A program made the position numbers and the translations under genes. From Octopus vulgaris (taxonomy: Eukaryota), in the NCBI GenBank assembly GCA_951406725.2, contig OX597825.1:58342001-58406000 (forward strand): a stretch of DNA of 64,000 nt, read 5' to 3'. Under the pieces are notes generated by a model. The model saw nothing but the letters and a program-made list of their open reading frames with translations. It ran no database searches and was not told where the DNA came from. Within the stretch, counting starts at the first letter, position 1. Each line of letters opens with the position of its first letter. Below, one piece after another: positions 24,507 to 38,309 of the stretch.

Positions 24507-25336
24507 ATAGAGCAGGATCTCTGAAATTTTTATTTCCACGTACTACGTCATGACAGGCAGTGATGAAGAATATAGTGTAAAATGGTCGGATAGAATAGAA
24601 AAGACACTGAACATGTATTATTTTAAATTTAATTCAAATAGTTAAACTCTCGACATGGTCAATTTTGTTATCATCATTTCTTGGTGTTTGATAAAATAAA
24701 GTACCACTTAAGTACTGGAATCGATATAATTGACTTCTTTCCTCCCCAAAATTTCTGGCCTTGTACCTATGAATGAAATCAATTAAATTTAATTTCAGAT
24801 TTTTGATGAGGATGGATGGGCTCTGCTCTTTCTAACAAGTTGGCTCAAATCCCGATTAAGCTTTAGAGTGGCAGACAACCCACGTATTATTTTCAGCTCG
24901 CTGTCTAGTATGAAATTTATGTTTGGTTATAATCATCGCTGAAAACACTTGTTCACATGAAGTCGAACAGTAAAAATTTGTTACGGAAGAGGTTTCAGAA
25001 AGATCTTTTGCCGCGGAGTCGTTTATAAATTCAACGAATTATTATTTTAGATTGTGTATCTCTACTTTGGGGATTAAGTCTAACAAGATTTCGAATGAGG
25101 TGATTAATTCAATTCACTAATCTCAGGAAGATTGGAATTAAATTTCTCAGTTTCAGAGAAATATCGCAGCGATCCACCTTAAATGTTTTGAGATGATCTT
25201 GAAGAGCATAGGTATATTTCCTTTCTCAAGACTAAACTGATAGAAAATGCAATTAGTGCGTGTTAGAGTAAGTTATGCAAAAGTATATAACTGATAAATT
25301 ATAGTTACACAGTTATATATCTAAATATTAATACCT

Positions 25337-25368
<32 letters not shown>

Positions 25369-25623
25369 TGTATGTATGTATGTATATACAATTTAAATAT
25401 AGGATAAAATCTTTATAAGAATTTATCAAGTAGTTAGCATGAAAAACCTCATAAGGGAAAATTTTTTAAATTATTCCCTATAAATATATTTATTTATATC
25501 CCTATAAATATATTTATTTATATTAAGGGTATTACTATACATAAAAATTGTTTTTCTATGTACTATGCTGGATACATGTGGTGTTCGTCTTGTATGTTGA
25601 CTTTTGTTTATTTTTATATGCCT

Positions 25624-25700
25624 TGACTATGCTTGCACTGACGAGTAAAAAGTGCATTTTGTGCACTAATTATGAAATCATACGATATGCTGCTGAGTCA
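25624..25700 (+). ncRNA. Type I hammerhead ribozyme fold
   Basis: Core CTGACGA 25638-25644 and GAAA 25674-25677. Stem II GTAA/TTAT plus AGTGCA/TGCACT; stem III ATC/GAT; AUA triplet with predicted cut after 25687; stem I GCA/TGC extended by GC/GC and TGACT/AGTCA. Confidence 0.75.
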
Positions 25701-25856
25701 GTTTTTAGGAGGCTCGCTTCGAGAGTTGCATTTCCTCGCGTTCGGTACAATGTGGTTATTATAGTAGTTTTGACTTTAAGTTTCAGATATCCTGCTCTAT
25801 AAATGCCCCTAGCGTGAGGCATTTATGTATAGTAATGCCCTTAATATAAATATATA

Positions 25857-25927
<71 letters not shown>

Positions 25928-26383
25928 ATCGTATATATATATATAACGGGAATTGTGTGGCGCGCGCCTCTGTATGTGTGTGTGTGTGCAAAATGAAGAA
26001 AATGAAGAAATTTTCTTCATTTATTTTAATCCTTTAATTTAGTTATAGAAAATCCAACTGTAACTATATCAATTATAAAGGTGGATTATGTAAGAATTTA
26101 CCTTCACATTTTTACAACAATACCTGATGAACTAGTGAAAGTAAAAATCTTAGCCGTAATCTTCAGCTTTACACACAGAAACATATATATATGTATACAG
26201 TCATTCATTCATACATACATACATACATACATACATACATACATACATACATACATACATACATACATACATACATACATACATACACAGATACATACAC
26301 ACACATACATACATACATACATACATACATACATACATACATACATACATACATACATACATACATACATACATACAGACGTA

Positions 26384-27600
26384 CAACATTTAGGCTGCTT
26401 TATTGGACGTTTGATGAGATCCGAGCCATTGATCTGAAAACCCGGAAGATACTAACCAGCACACATAATTTTCATATCAACAGTGACGTACAACGCCTCT
26501 GAATAAAACGAAAACAAGGTGGCAGAGGCTTAACATCGATCCAAACTGCCTTTGAATATCATATCATATCCCTTCGGCAACATCTTTTAGCCACCAAGCG
26601 GTCGAAGTGCATCCCTTCACCAAGTTTGCATACATGAGACTGATAACATCATAAGACTTGGAAAGCAGCTCTTTGAGCAGCATTCCTTGTCTGATAACCC
26701 TAAATACATGCCGAAAGATTTCGCACGACTCTACCGCAACGTCTCATCAGATGAAAGGATGAGTATATATGAGCAGAAGACCCTACATCGATATGTTAGT
26801 AGAAAGCTCTGAGATAATAGTAACAGTGAACATCAAACCGTACTTTGAAGGGTATGCGTTTGCAATTCAGGAACAGAAAATATCAACCAAATACCTGATA
26901 CACAAAAGGGACAGAGATGCAGGAAAAGCAGTAAAATGTGACAACTAATGCAGACTTTGTGTAGTTAACACCGAAGATATCACCCACATCATAAACAGTT
27001 GTTCGAAAATGTCATCACGTTATTTTCCACCGATGAGACATGATGTTGTAGCTAGGATATTGTATAACGAAATCCGTCGAAAGGATAACCCCGAGGATAA
27101 AGAAGTAAGAACCCACAGTATGGTGGAAGCCATAGTCACTCATAATAAAAAGGAGCACTGGTGCAATGTCCCAGTGAAAACTTCAATAGACTTGACATAA
27201 TGATTTGGGGATAGGAAGAGAAACTATGTACAGTTATGAAAATCAGTTGCCCAGCTGATGTTAACATAAAGCTGAATATCAGTGAAAGAGAGAACACTGA
27301 ACTATTGAGAAATCTGCAGTTACTTTATCCAGATTACAATTTCATATTTATACCTCTAATTACTGGGGCACTGGGATATCTAACACACTGCCTAAATACC
27401 AATCTTGAGAAATTAGGCTTCACAAAACCAGAAGGGAGAAAGCTGATTCGAAGACTACAGACCCAGTCCATCACTGGAACTGTACAAAACCTGTAAAACT
27501 TTCCAGAAGTTTACCATTTAAGTAGATATGAGCATGTCTACATAATCAGCTATATGCATGAGAAGACGTACATAAAACAAAACATACAAATCATCACGTA
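26384..27600 (+). mobile_element. 5'-truncated R4/Dong-like non-LTR retrotransposon (restriction-like endonuclease type), decayed
   Basis: [52 protein letters not shown] zinc knuckle, RHD motif, ISCP endonuclease region. Flanked by (TACA)n on both sides. Confidence 0.85.
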
Positions 27601-28408
27601 CACATACATACATACATACATACATACATACATACATACATACATACATACATACATACATACGTACGTACGTACGTACATACATACATACATACATACA
27701 TACGTACGTACGTATGTACATACATACATACATACATACATACATACATACATACATACATACATACATACATACATACATACATACATACATACAGACA
27801 AACAGACAGACAGACAGACAGATAGATATATGCATTTGCATACATATAAATATTCTTTTCTGCTCTAGGCACAATGCCCGAAATTTTGGGTGATGGGGCC
27901 CAATCGATTAGATCGACCCCAGTACGCAACTAGGGCTTAATTTATCGATCTCGGAAGGATGAAAGGCAAAGTCGACCTCGGCGGAATTTGAACATATACA
28001 TACTGGTTTGACCAATGGCCTATACTACACATTCCAACATGTGCACACAGAAATATCAATGCAAGTCTAGCCTCGCCTCGCACTCCTCCTTCTCTTTTAT
28101 CATTACCATTCCCTTCTCTCTTTCCACCACCTTCTTCTCTCCTTGCCAAATACACACAGAACCGTTCACATACCCCAATGAACCTTTTGATTGGTGAAAA
28201 TGGATAAACTTTATTGCCATATCGCCTGAAGAAATGAACGCATGAACAAAGACCCATATGATGTCCATGGATATTACGGACTGTACTGCAATCGTGCCAG
28301 GAATACGGACTACGGTCACAAGAAACATGTGATGTGTGAAAATGCGCGTAGTGATGCATTAAAATATTTATAAATCCCATCCATGGATTATTATTAAAAA
28401 AAGAATTG

Positions 28409-28464
<56 letters not shown>

Positions 28465-29038
28465 CATTATTACTATATATATATTTCATCTTTTCGAGTT
28501 CGATAAAATAAGCAGTGGAGTCAATGTAATCGACTAGTCCCCTCCCCCAAAATTTCAGGCCTTGTGCCTATAATAGAATGGACTATCACTGTGTGTGTGT
28601 GTGTATGTGTGTGTGTGTATGCGTGCGCGCACAAGTACAAACATACAGACAAATATATGGACGGGGGATACTCAGAAAGACCACCAGATGATGTGATGTG
28701 TCAGATGGGCTAACAAATACAAACCTGCAAAAAAAAAAAAAATAATAAATTAAAAGCAAAAAAAAAAAAATAATCCTCAACCTCTAACTTTTGTGATGTC
28801 ATTAAAAACTGAATCAAAGTGACCTTTCATGTTATAATCTTAATATCAGTTTGTACTGATGGCACAGTGAAACGGTTTCCTCTTTCCGTCTTGTTTGCTT
28901 TCAAGATTTCTATGGAAGTGTCAGGTAGAACAAGGAAACATTCTGCTAGGATCTTTGAAGGAATAAGTGACTGGTGGGTGGAAATGCGAAATGTCATAGG
29001 ATGTTGTCAGATCTTTGAAATGTGTGTGTGTGCGTAGG

Positions 29039-29097
<59 letters not shown>

Positions 29098-29332
29098 CTA
29101 CATATGTGTATGTATGCATGTTTGTATGTTGTATGTATGTTTGTATGTTTGAGTGTCTGTATATACATGCACACATATGTATTAACATACATTATATGTG
29201 TATATATATGTATCTAAACATATGTGTGTGCATATATGTATCTTTAAACACATAAATATATATATAAATATATAAATACATGTATGTATGTATGTATGTA
29301 TGTATGTATGTATGTATATAAATATATATATA

Positions 29333-29720
<388 letters not shown>

Positions 29721-30542
29721 CAATATATATACATATTGCATATTTTGTTTTGCCAAATAAACACACGCACTATATATTCGTTCTTCACTCGTTTATTACT
29801 GTTCTTATTCTAAATCGTGTCTATTGTCTGGAAATCTTTCCTCACACATCTGTGACCTCAGCGACACTCTCCGTCTTCGTGTGTGCTCTTGCACTGCTTA
29901 TTCTATTCTGTTCGTCTATGATACGCATCATGTTCTGAGTTCAAAAACCGCCGAAGCAAACTGTGCCTTTCATTCCTCCGAGGACTATAAGTATTATAAT
30001 CAACTGCTTGCTCCGCCCAAATTTCAGGACTTGTGCCAGTGTTTGAAGTAATTATTTGAATATGTTCTACGCATCTCTAATACGCGTTTATATTGAGATT
30101 TCTGTGTTTTGAAATTATGTATGTGTGTATGTATGTATGTATGTATGTATGTATGTATGTATGTATGTATGTATGTATGTATGTATGTATGTATGTGTAC
30201 GTACGTACGTACGTACGTTCGTTCGTATGCGTGTATATACTAATCAGACTAAAAGTGACTCTCCGGGCTGATATAGTCTGCCTCCTGTGGGTCACAATAA
30301 TTGAAGAACATGGATTTCGTCTACTGGGGAAATTGCTACTCAGATGAGTCTTACCCAGTTCAGTATGAAGACTTTTTTATTGCCGAAGTGTAGATTCAAG
30401 CGAAATCAGTTCCAAGAATATCTATACTAATAAATAGGAGTTTCCTTGCGTGTGTCTGAACGACTTCCTGTCACGTGGTCACAGTCTCCAAGAATGGCAC
30501 TTATAGAAGCATGTATATGTATATACTGAACCTAATATATAG

Positions 30543-30591
<49 letters not shown>

Positions 30592-30744
30592 CATATATCT
30601 ATATAATGGCGCGACCCACAATCAAAGGTTTGCACTTAGTAAACATTTCCATACGCCACTCTTATATCCAGTGCCGTTAAGTGAAGGCCATCATATCCCC
30701 GGATAAGCTAACGTGCGGGATTCGAGTTACACGGTAATAATCCT

Positions 30745-31137
30745 GTTTACTAAAGGTACAAGGCCTGAAATTTCGGGGGAGGGGACTAGTCAATTATAAC
30801 GACCTCAGTATTTCAATGGTACTCAATCTATTGACCCCGAAAGGATTAAAGGCAAAGTCGACCTCGGCGGAATTTGAAATCAGAACGTAAAGACGAACGA
30901 AATGCCTATTTCTTTACTGCCCAAAGGAGCTAAACATAGAGGGGACAAACAAGGACAGACAAAGGGATTAAGTCGATTATATTGACCCCGGTGCGTAACA
31001 AGTACTTAATTTATCGACCCAGAAAGGATGAAAGGCAAAATCGACCTCGGCGGAATTTGAACTCAGAACGGAGCGGCAGACGAAATACTGCTAAGCATTT
31101 CGCCCGAATGCTAACGTTTCTGCCAGCTCGCTGCCTT
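30745..31137 (-). mobile_element. Two adjacent S2 SINE copies with different 3' tails
   Basis: Two GTCGACCTCGGCGGAATTTGAA-type blocks (about 30858 and 31041). Confidence 0.8.
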
Positions 31138-32464
31138 AAATTATGTAAATATTTAATATTGTTTAGAAAAAAGGTCGTGCTTTTGAATAAATATACCGTG
31201 CATCATATATGTTCCATATTGAATTGCGGGCACATTCTCTTGCCACTCTCTAGTTGTCGGCAATGCAGTGGATCCGTTGGACACACGCAACCAAATGTGG
31301 TATAAAGTAAACAAATAAATAAATAAGACGTCTAACCCTCCACACTGCCTAAACTATCACTTCATTCCTTCCAATCTTTTATGATACATAACAGTTATTT
31401 TATCGACGTGAAGGTCGATAAAATAAGTGTCAAGCGTATCTTAATCAATCGATTTAACCTCTGATTACTAATAAGCTTGGGTTAAAGAACTCTTAAATAC
31501 TCCATTACGATATCAAAGATTAAAAATATAAACCCATGCATAATTTAATGAGTTTATTGATTAGAAAATTTTCCCTTAATTGGTTAAATTTTAAGTATTT
31601 AATTCATTAAAGATATTCTTGTTTTTTTCTGATTTTTTTATGCATTTCTCCTTTTGTGTGATTATTTGATCAATCATTTTTATCAGAATTTCATTTCCAT
31701 ACGAAATTTCACAAGTTCGACGTCGGTTGCTTAGAAAAAAGGTTATTTAAAGTTTCCTGGTGTCATTTTATAACCTTCAACAGTCCCTTTTTTGTAATTT
31801 AATTTTATAATTGCTCCTTGAATTATCTCACATTCGAACAAGACTTTGTTTTGGGAGTAAAGAAAAAAAATGCTACTTTTTAAAACGTGCAATTCGAAAA
31901 ATCGCTGAAAATTATTGAAGAAAAATTTGAATATCTTTTCATGTGAGGATAGGGTAATGTCGGATTGTGTGAAGGGTAATGTTATCTGATATTTTTTACT
32001 TGTTTTACTCATTAGACTGCGTCCATGTTGGGGCTCAGCATCGAAAGGTTTAATCGAACAAATCGATCCCACTACTTATTGTGTTTTGAAACCTGGTACT
32101 TATTCTATTAGGTTCTATTAGTCGAGCTGCTCAGTTATAGGATGTATACAAACCAACACTGGTTGCCAAGCGGTGGTGGGGAACAAGCACAGGCACAAAA
32201 GCAAACACACATACGTACATACGCACACGACGAGCTTCTTTTAGTTTCCATCTACCAAATCCACTCACATGGCTTTGGTCGGTCCAAGGCTATAGAAGAA
32301 GATACTTGTCCAAGGTGCCACACAGAGGGAATGAATTCTCAAAGTGGTTGGGAAGTGAATTTCTTACCAAACAACTAATCCTAATCTTATATATGTTATT
32401 GATAGCACCTAAAAGTGGTGTTTCTTTTTCCCTTCTGCTTGATGAATGTAGCTTTGATCAAAAG

Positions 32465-33465
32465 GAATTGATGTCATCAGATGATATCTAACGATCATCG
32501 GACGTTTCGACCCTGGACCGCAACACCCTCCCATTACTGGGTTAGCAAAGATGACCAAACCACTGCTCAACCTTTCCACTTGTCTTCCAGATTAACTCAT
32601 CTATCTTCCTCCATAACCAACAAGAGGCTCTTTCTGCTACCTTTCCCATCCTGCACACAGATACCGTTCGTTCTTTTCATATTATTCCAATAGCTGTAAG
32701 AATTCTCCATACTGTTTGGGCAGGGAATTCTCTACAGTCAACTTCGACTGGGAATAGCCGTAACTGCCATCTCTTCTCTTTACAATTCTGCAAAAGGCTC
32801 CCGTACTTGGTACGTTGGTATTCAAATGTTTGATCGCACTCTTCTTTACGCAGGACTGTAAGCTCAATCAAGATATCTTTTTTCCTTTTGCAGACTATAA
32901 AAGCTACATCTAGCCTTAGAATTGTCTGGATAACCTGGGGAAACTGCAACCTTTCCTCCAGGTCTACCTCTATATTCTATGATTGGGTTCCATGTTGTAG
33001 ACTACTTGTCCTTTTTGCTGTCCTCACCAGTTCTTCCTATTCCTTCACAAACTTGATTGCTGGCGTTGCTTAATCATGCTGATAGTGTCCCTGAGTGTGA
33101 GCGAGTGCGGCAAGCAACTTGTCATGGCATCACTTGTTTCTCTCTCGAGTAAGTGTCATTTTGTACACTGACAAGATATGCATTAAGGTGCCTCTTTTCT
33201 CCACAAAAGTCTTCTCATTTGGTCCTCTTTTCAAACCCCATCTGTGCAGGTTTGTCGGTGTTGGGAGTATGTCGTACACCGACGGCAGCAGGAAGGAGAT
33301 GCAAGAAGGTTCCAGTTTCTACAACCTGTTTATGTGACCTTCATTTTCGGGAAGTCCCATTCAGTCTAGGCTCCTTGATACCAGCTCCACAGTTCTTGAA
33401 CTATTTTTTTTTCTACCTGATACCGTATTCCCACCTGGTCCTCCTAACAACACATCACACCTGAT
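32465..33465 (-). mobile_element. HERO-like (restriction-like endonuclease) non-LTR retrotransposon 3' fragment
   Basis: ISFLLPSVYDILPTPTNLHRWG, GTLMHILS, LRLDV..ILIELTV..TKY..FPVEVDCR (decayed RPD..IELTVPWE..KY..PVEVGCRGF). Confidence 0.75.
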
Positions 33466-33540
<75 letters not shown>

Positions 33541-33542
<2 letters not shown>

Positions 33543-33950
33543 AGTGGCTATGTGGTAAATAGCTTGCTTACCAACCACATGGTTCTGTGTTCAGTCCCAC
33601 TGCGTGGCACCTTGGGCAAGTGTCTTCTACTATAGCTTCGGGCCGTCCAAAGCCTTGTGAGTGGATTTGGTAGACGGAAACTGAAAGAAGCCCGTCGTAT
33701 ATATGTATTTATATATATATGTAAGTGTGTGTATATGTTTGTGTGTCTGTGTTTGTCCCCCCAACATCGCTTGACAACCGATGATGGTGTGTTTACGTCC
33801 CCGTAAGTTAGCGGTTCGGCTAAAGAAACCGATAGAATAAGTACTAGGCTTACAAAGAATAAGTCCTGGGGTCGATTTGCTCGACTAAAGGTGGTGCTCC
33901 AGCATGGCCGCAGTCAAATGACTGAAACAAGTAAAAGAATAAAAAGAATA
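33541..33950 (+). mobile_element. SINE S1
   Basis: Matches family S1; directly follows (TA)n. Confidence 0.9.
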
Positions 33951-33980
33951 CATACAAGTATTATTGATGTCATATGCCTA

Positions 33981-34027
<47 letters not shown>

Positions 34028-34547
34028 AAACAGTTTTGGTTACGGTATTTCATACACTGTTTTTTCTTTAACACACTACGTCTTTAAAAGACTTTCCTAG
34101 CTTAAAAGCTGAACTCCATGCGGACTTTTAAGCAAGCTCCTGCGGAGGGCTAATTGGTCCTGTGGCCCCAAAACTAAAGAGAGCTAAATAGCATGACTAT
34201 AATATGTCTATAATGACTATATTCCCCGGTGGTGTTTGATCAGATGTTAAGGACGGATGAGAATTAATTCTGTAATGCTACCATTCTATTGTTCAAGTCC
34301 CAAGTTGAATTCCAACTGTTGGCTAATTTGTCCCAAAGTTCTTATCTTGACGTAATATTAACGAAGCGAATGCCATTTATCTTTCCCTTGATTTCTTACG
34401 TCATCGAACAAACGTCAACCAAGATGGTGTGAATCAGCCAAGCTTTTCCTGCTAGAAGTAGCAACCCAAATGCTTTTAAATCAGATTTCAATAGTGGATT
34501 TTCATGAACCAAATGAAGGGCAGATTTTAGATCTTTTCAGTTTGGCT

Positions 34548-34751
34548 CTCTTTTACTCTCTTTTACTTCTTTCAGTCATTTGACTGTGGCCCTGATGGAG
34601 CACCACCTTTAGTCGAACAAATCGACCCAGGACTTATTCTTTGTAAGCCTAGTACTTATTCTATCGATCTCTTTTGCCGAATCACTAAGTTACGGGGACG
34701 TAAACACCCCAGCATCGGTTGTCAAGTGATGTTGGGGGGACAAACACAGAA

Positions 34752-34794
<43 letters not shown>

Positions 34795-34922
34795 CGACGG
34801 GCTTCTTTCAGTTTCCGTCTACCAAATCAACTCATAAGGCTTTGGTTGGCCCAAGGGTATAGTAGAAGTCACTTGCCCAAGGTGCCACGCAGTGGGACTG
34901 AACCCAGAACCATGTGGTTGGC
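34548..34922 (-). mobile_element. SINE S1, 5'-truncated
   Basis: Reverse complement of the S1 body and tail. Confidence 0.85.
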
Positions 34923-35252
34923 TTCCAATTTTCGAAAATTCAAGATTCATTGAAAATTCTAAAATTTGATACATTAATGTAGTTTTCCAAGCCGAATCTC
35001 AGGAGATACTCCACTTTTTCCAGAAATTTGTTTAAAAAAAGTTAGAGGTTTAAAATTTGATAATTTTCACCCAGTCAGAAAACAAGATTTGGAAGCTGTG
35101 ATTTTATGCATGACAGCACGTGTTGTCAGCTGTAAACAAATGAAATACTGGCGGAATTTTGCTTTATGCACGTCATATAACCCCTCATAGATTAGGGGTG
35201 TGTGTGTGTGTGTGTATTTTCAGAAAATTTTTGCGAATTTGTATTCTACATA

Positions 35253-35423
35253 GGCGTAAGAGTGGCTGTGTGATAAGTAGCTTGCTTACGAACCACATGG
35301 CTCCGGGTTCAGTCCCACTGCGTGGCACCTTGAGCAAGTGTCTTCTACTATAGCCTCGGGCCAACCAAAGCCTTGTGAGTAGATTTGATAGACGGAAACT
35401 GAAAGAAGCCCGTCATATATATG

Positions 35424-35454
<31 letters not shown>

Positions 35455-35670
35455 ATATGTTTGTGTTTGTGTTTGTCCCCCGCCCAACATCACTTGACAA
35501 CCCATGCTGGTGTGTTTATGCTCCCGTAAGTTAGCGGTTCGGCAAAAGAGACCGATAGAATAAGTACTAGGCTTACAAAGAATAAATCCTGGGGTCGATT
35601 TGCTCGACTAAAGGTGGTGCTCCAGCATGGCCACAGTTAGATGATTGAAACAAGTAAATGAGTAAAAGAG
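35253..35670 (+). mobile_element. SINE S1, full length
   Basis: Matches family S1. Confidence 0.9.
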
Positions 35671-36277
35671 TACACACGGAACTTCATACGATTATGCAAA
35701 TACCAAAACAAAAATGTTGGCGGTGCGAGATTTAAGGCCTACTTAGCTGTTATATTTAGCACATCTCACCACCACCTCAATAGATAGAATATATTTAAAT
35801 ATATATTTAAATATATATAAATAGAATATATTTGTCAACATGTGCTTTCTTGCAGACAAAAGAGTTCTCATGCTTGGCTTATTACTATGGAAACAGGGAT
35901 GAATATATCTGTGGTTTACGATTAGCTAAAATTACCCAAAATTTGCAAACTTTAAAAGCTAAAAGCTCTTGGTTTGTGTCGAAAATGAATTTCAAGGCAT
36001 TGATTAGCATATAAAGTATATCATTACACCGAATATGAAATCAATTGGAACAGAAATTGAAGAGATTGAAAATTGGCAGCGAAACAGAAAAGATCCCAGA
36101 TTTTCAATCCTGGGATCATCCTGATTCCAAAACGGTATAATAGGTCTATGTAGAGTAAATGTAGACCGAGATACAAGGGTCCCAGACAAACATAATTTTG
36201 CTTTCTTATTATTATTCATTAAGTGACGTCAATAATGTTTACATTACAGAGCTAATTTTAACTCAAAATTTAGAACA

Positions 36278-36326
<49 letters not shown>

Positions 36327-36476
36327 GCGTTCTTAATGAAAATATGAATGGTACAGGACAATTTGATTAAAAATTAAGAGTTTAAAATAAATTGGTTGTA
36401 ATTTGCGAAATGATAAGCACGATAATTAAACTGATTAAAGTCGAAGGTCATATTGAGCGATCGAGTCGTATGTCCA

Positions 36477-36521
<45 letters not shown>

Positions 36522-36553
36522 GTCTGTCTGTCTGTCTGTCTGTCTGTCGTTAG

Positions 36554-36673
<120 letters not shown>

Positions 36674-36681
36674 CTTACCTG

Positions 36682-36773
<92 letters not shown>

Positions 36774-36789
36774 CATAGATATGCATATA

Positions 36790-38309
36790 TCTCTATTTAT
36801 AAAACTGAAATGCGAAAAGTTTGTTCGTTTGTTTGTTTGTCTGGTTTTGGTATTGAGAACTTATCTTAAAAGGTGTCGTTGCTAGGGCCAAAAACGCACT
36901 TTGACAAGTCTACTCTCATTCTTTTATGTATCTGTCTTCCTCCGTCACTCACTCTCTTTCCTCCCTTCCCATCACTTTCTATGTATAACGTCGTCTAACA
37001 GCGTCTAACTCCCCTTCACTTTCTCTTTATAACGTCGTGTCACGGCGTTCTATATCTCCCCCTCCTCCCCGCCTTCCACAGCGCTTTCACACACACACTC
37101 TCTCTCTCTCTCTACGTCTGTCTGCATTCATAGAGAGAATTATCATCGCCACAATCACCACACAATCACGAGAACAAATATTATGAATCAGATATTTATT
37201 GGGTTAATTTATGTGTGTGTGTGTGTTCTATATATATATATATGTATATATAATGTATATATACAAAGTGTATATATCTGTATTTATGTATATTAAACTG
37301 TGAAAATGTGAAAAGGGGTCTAAATGGGGCTGGAAGGGGATTAAAATTTAAAGGAGCGGGTGTTTAGGAATTCTCTGTTACATCAAGCTAAAAAATTTGC
37401 GCCACCCTTTTAATCGTCAATGTGTTGCCGTCCATGATGAAGAAGTTTTGAATGCTTGCCATCGTGAGTCTACTGTCGTGAGAAAGAATCACTTCAAAAC
37501 TTGGTGTTTAGGAATTTTCTTTTACATCAAGTTCAAAATTTTACGCCAGCCGTTAAACTGTCAATACGTTGCTGTCCGTCGTTAAGAAATGCCAGCCATG
37601 GTGACTCTACTATCCTCAGATTCTATCCCTTCAAACTTTGCTTTCCAATATTCTATTATTTTTATTCAGCTCGCAAGTTCGTCTGTCCCTTTTAAATGTT
37701 AGTGTTTTGCTGTCTGCCTTGAAGCAGACCTTTCCGTAGTCACTGCCTGATATTTATGATTGATCTTTCAAAATATTTTATTTTTCAACTTACTAAAGAT
37801 CTTTTGTTGTTTATAAATGGGAGAGACATAGATAAAGATAGAGAGTAAGAGAAAGCGAGGGAGAGTCCGAGAGAAAAGAAAAGTAAGAGAGTGGGAAAAT
37901 GAGAGAGAAAGGAGAGAGAAACAAAGAGGGAGAATCATCATCCTCATCGTTTAACGTCCGTTTTCCGTGCTAGCACGGTTTGGACAGTTTGACCGGGGTC
38001 TGGGAAGTCAGGAGGCTGCACCAGGCTCCAGTCTGATCTGGCAGTGTTTCTACAGGTGGATGCCCTTCCTAACGCCAACCACTCTGTGAGTGTAGTGGGT
38101 GCTTTTTTCATGCCACCGGAACAGGTGCCAGGGGGGCTGGCAGCGGCCACGATCGGTTGGTGCTTTTTACGTGCCACCGGCACAGTAGCCAGTCAAGGCG
38201 GTGCTGCCATCGGCCACGTTCGGATGGTGCTTTTTACGTGCCGAAAGGATGCAACAGAAAGTAACAACCACACTCTTACCCGCGCGTAGAGCGGGTCACC
38301 TTAAGCTAG
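36790..38309 (+). mobile_element. About 1.5-kb non-autonomous Helitron (family H2) with internal tandem repeat and nested RTE tail
   Basis: A|TCTCTATTTATAAAA start; ACCCGC-gcgtaga-GCGGGT hairpin shortly before CTAG|T at 38306-38310; about 145-bp units starting GGTGTTTAGGAATT at 37359 and 37503; RTE tail at 37935-38241. Confidence 0.7.

Noticed and set aside
26118-26150. CTGATGA-ACTAGT-GAAA hammerhead-like words
   Set aside because: Stem II has no loop and stems I and III cannot form.
27937-28467. 176-aa - strand ORF in apparently unique sequence
   Set aside because: It starts in (TAA)n and ends inside an S2 SINE, with no domain similarity.
30420-30730. Helitron-like 5' start TCTATACTAATAAA
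   Set aside because: No matching 3' hairpin plus CTAG end was found.
32470-32520. GAAAC..CTGATGA words at the 3' end of the HERO-like element (- strand)
   Set aside because: I could not assemble the three stems by eye.
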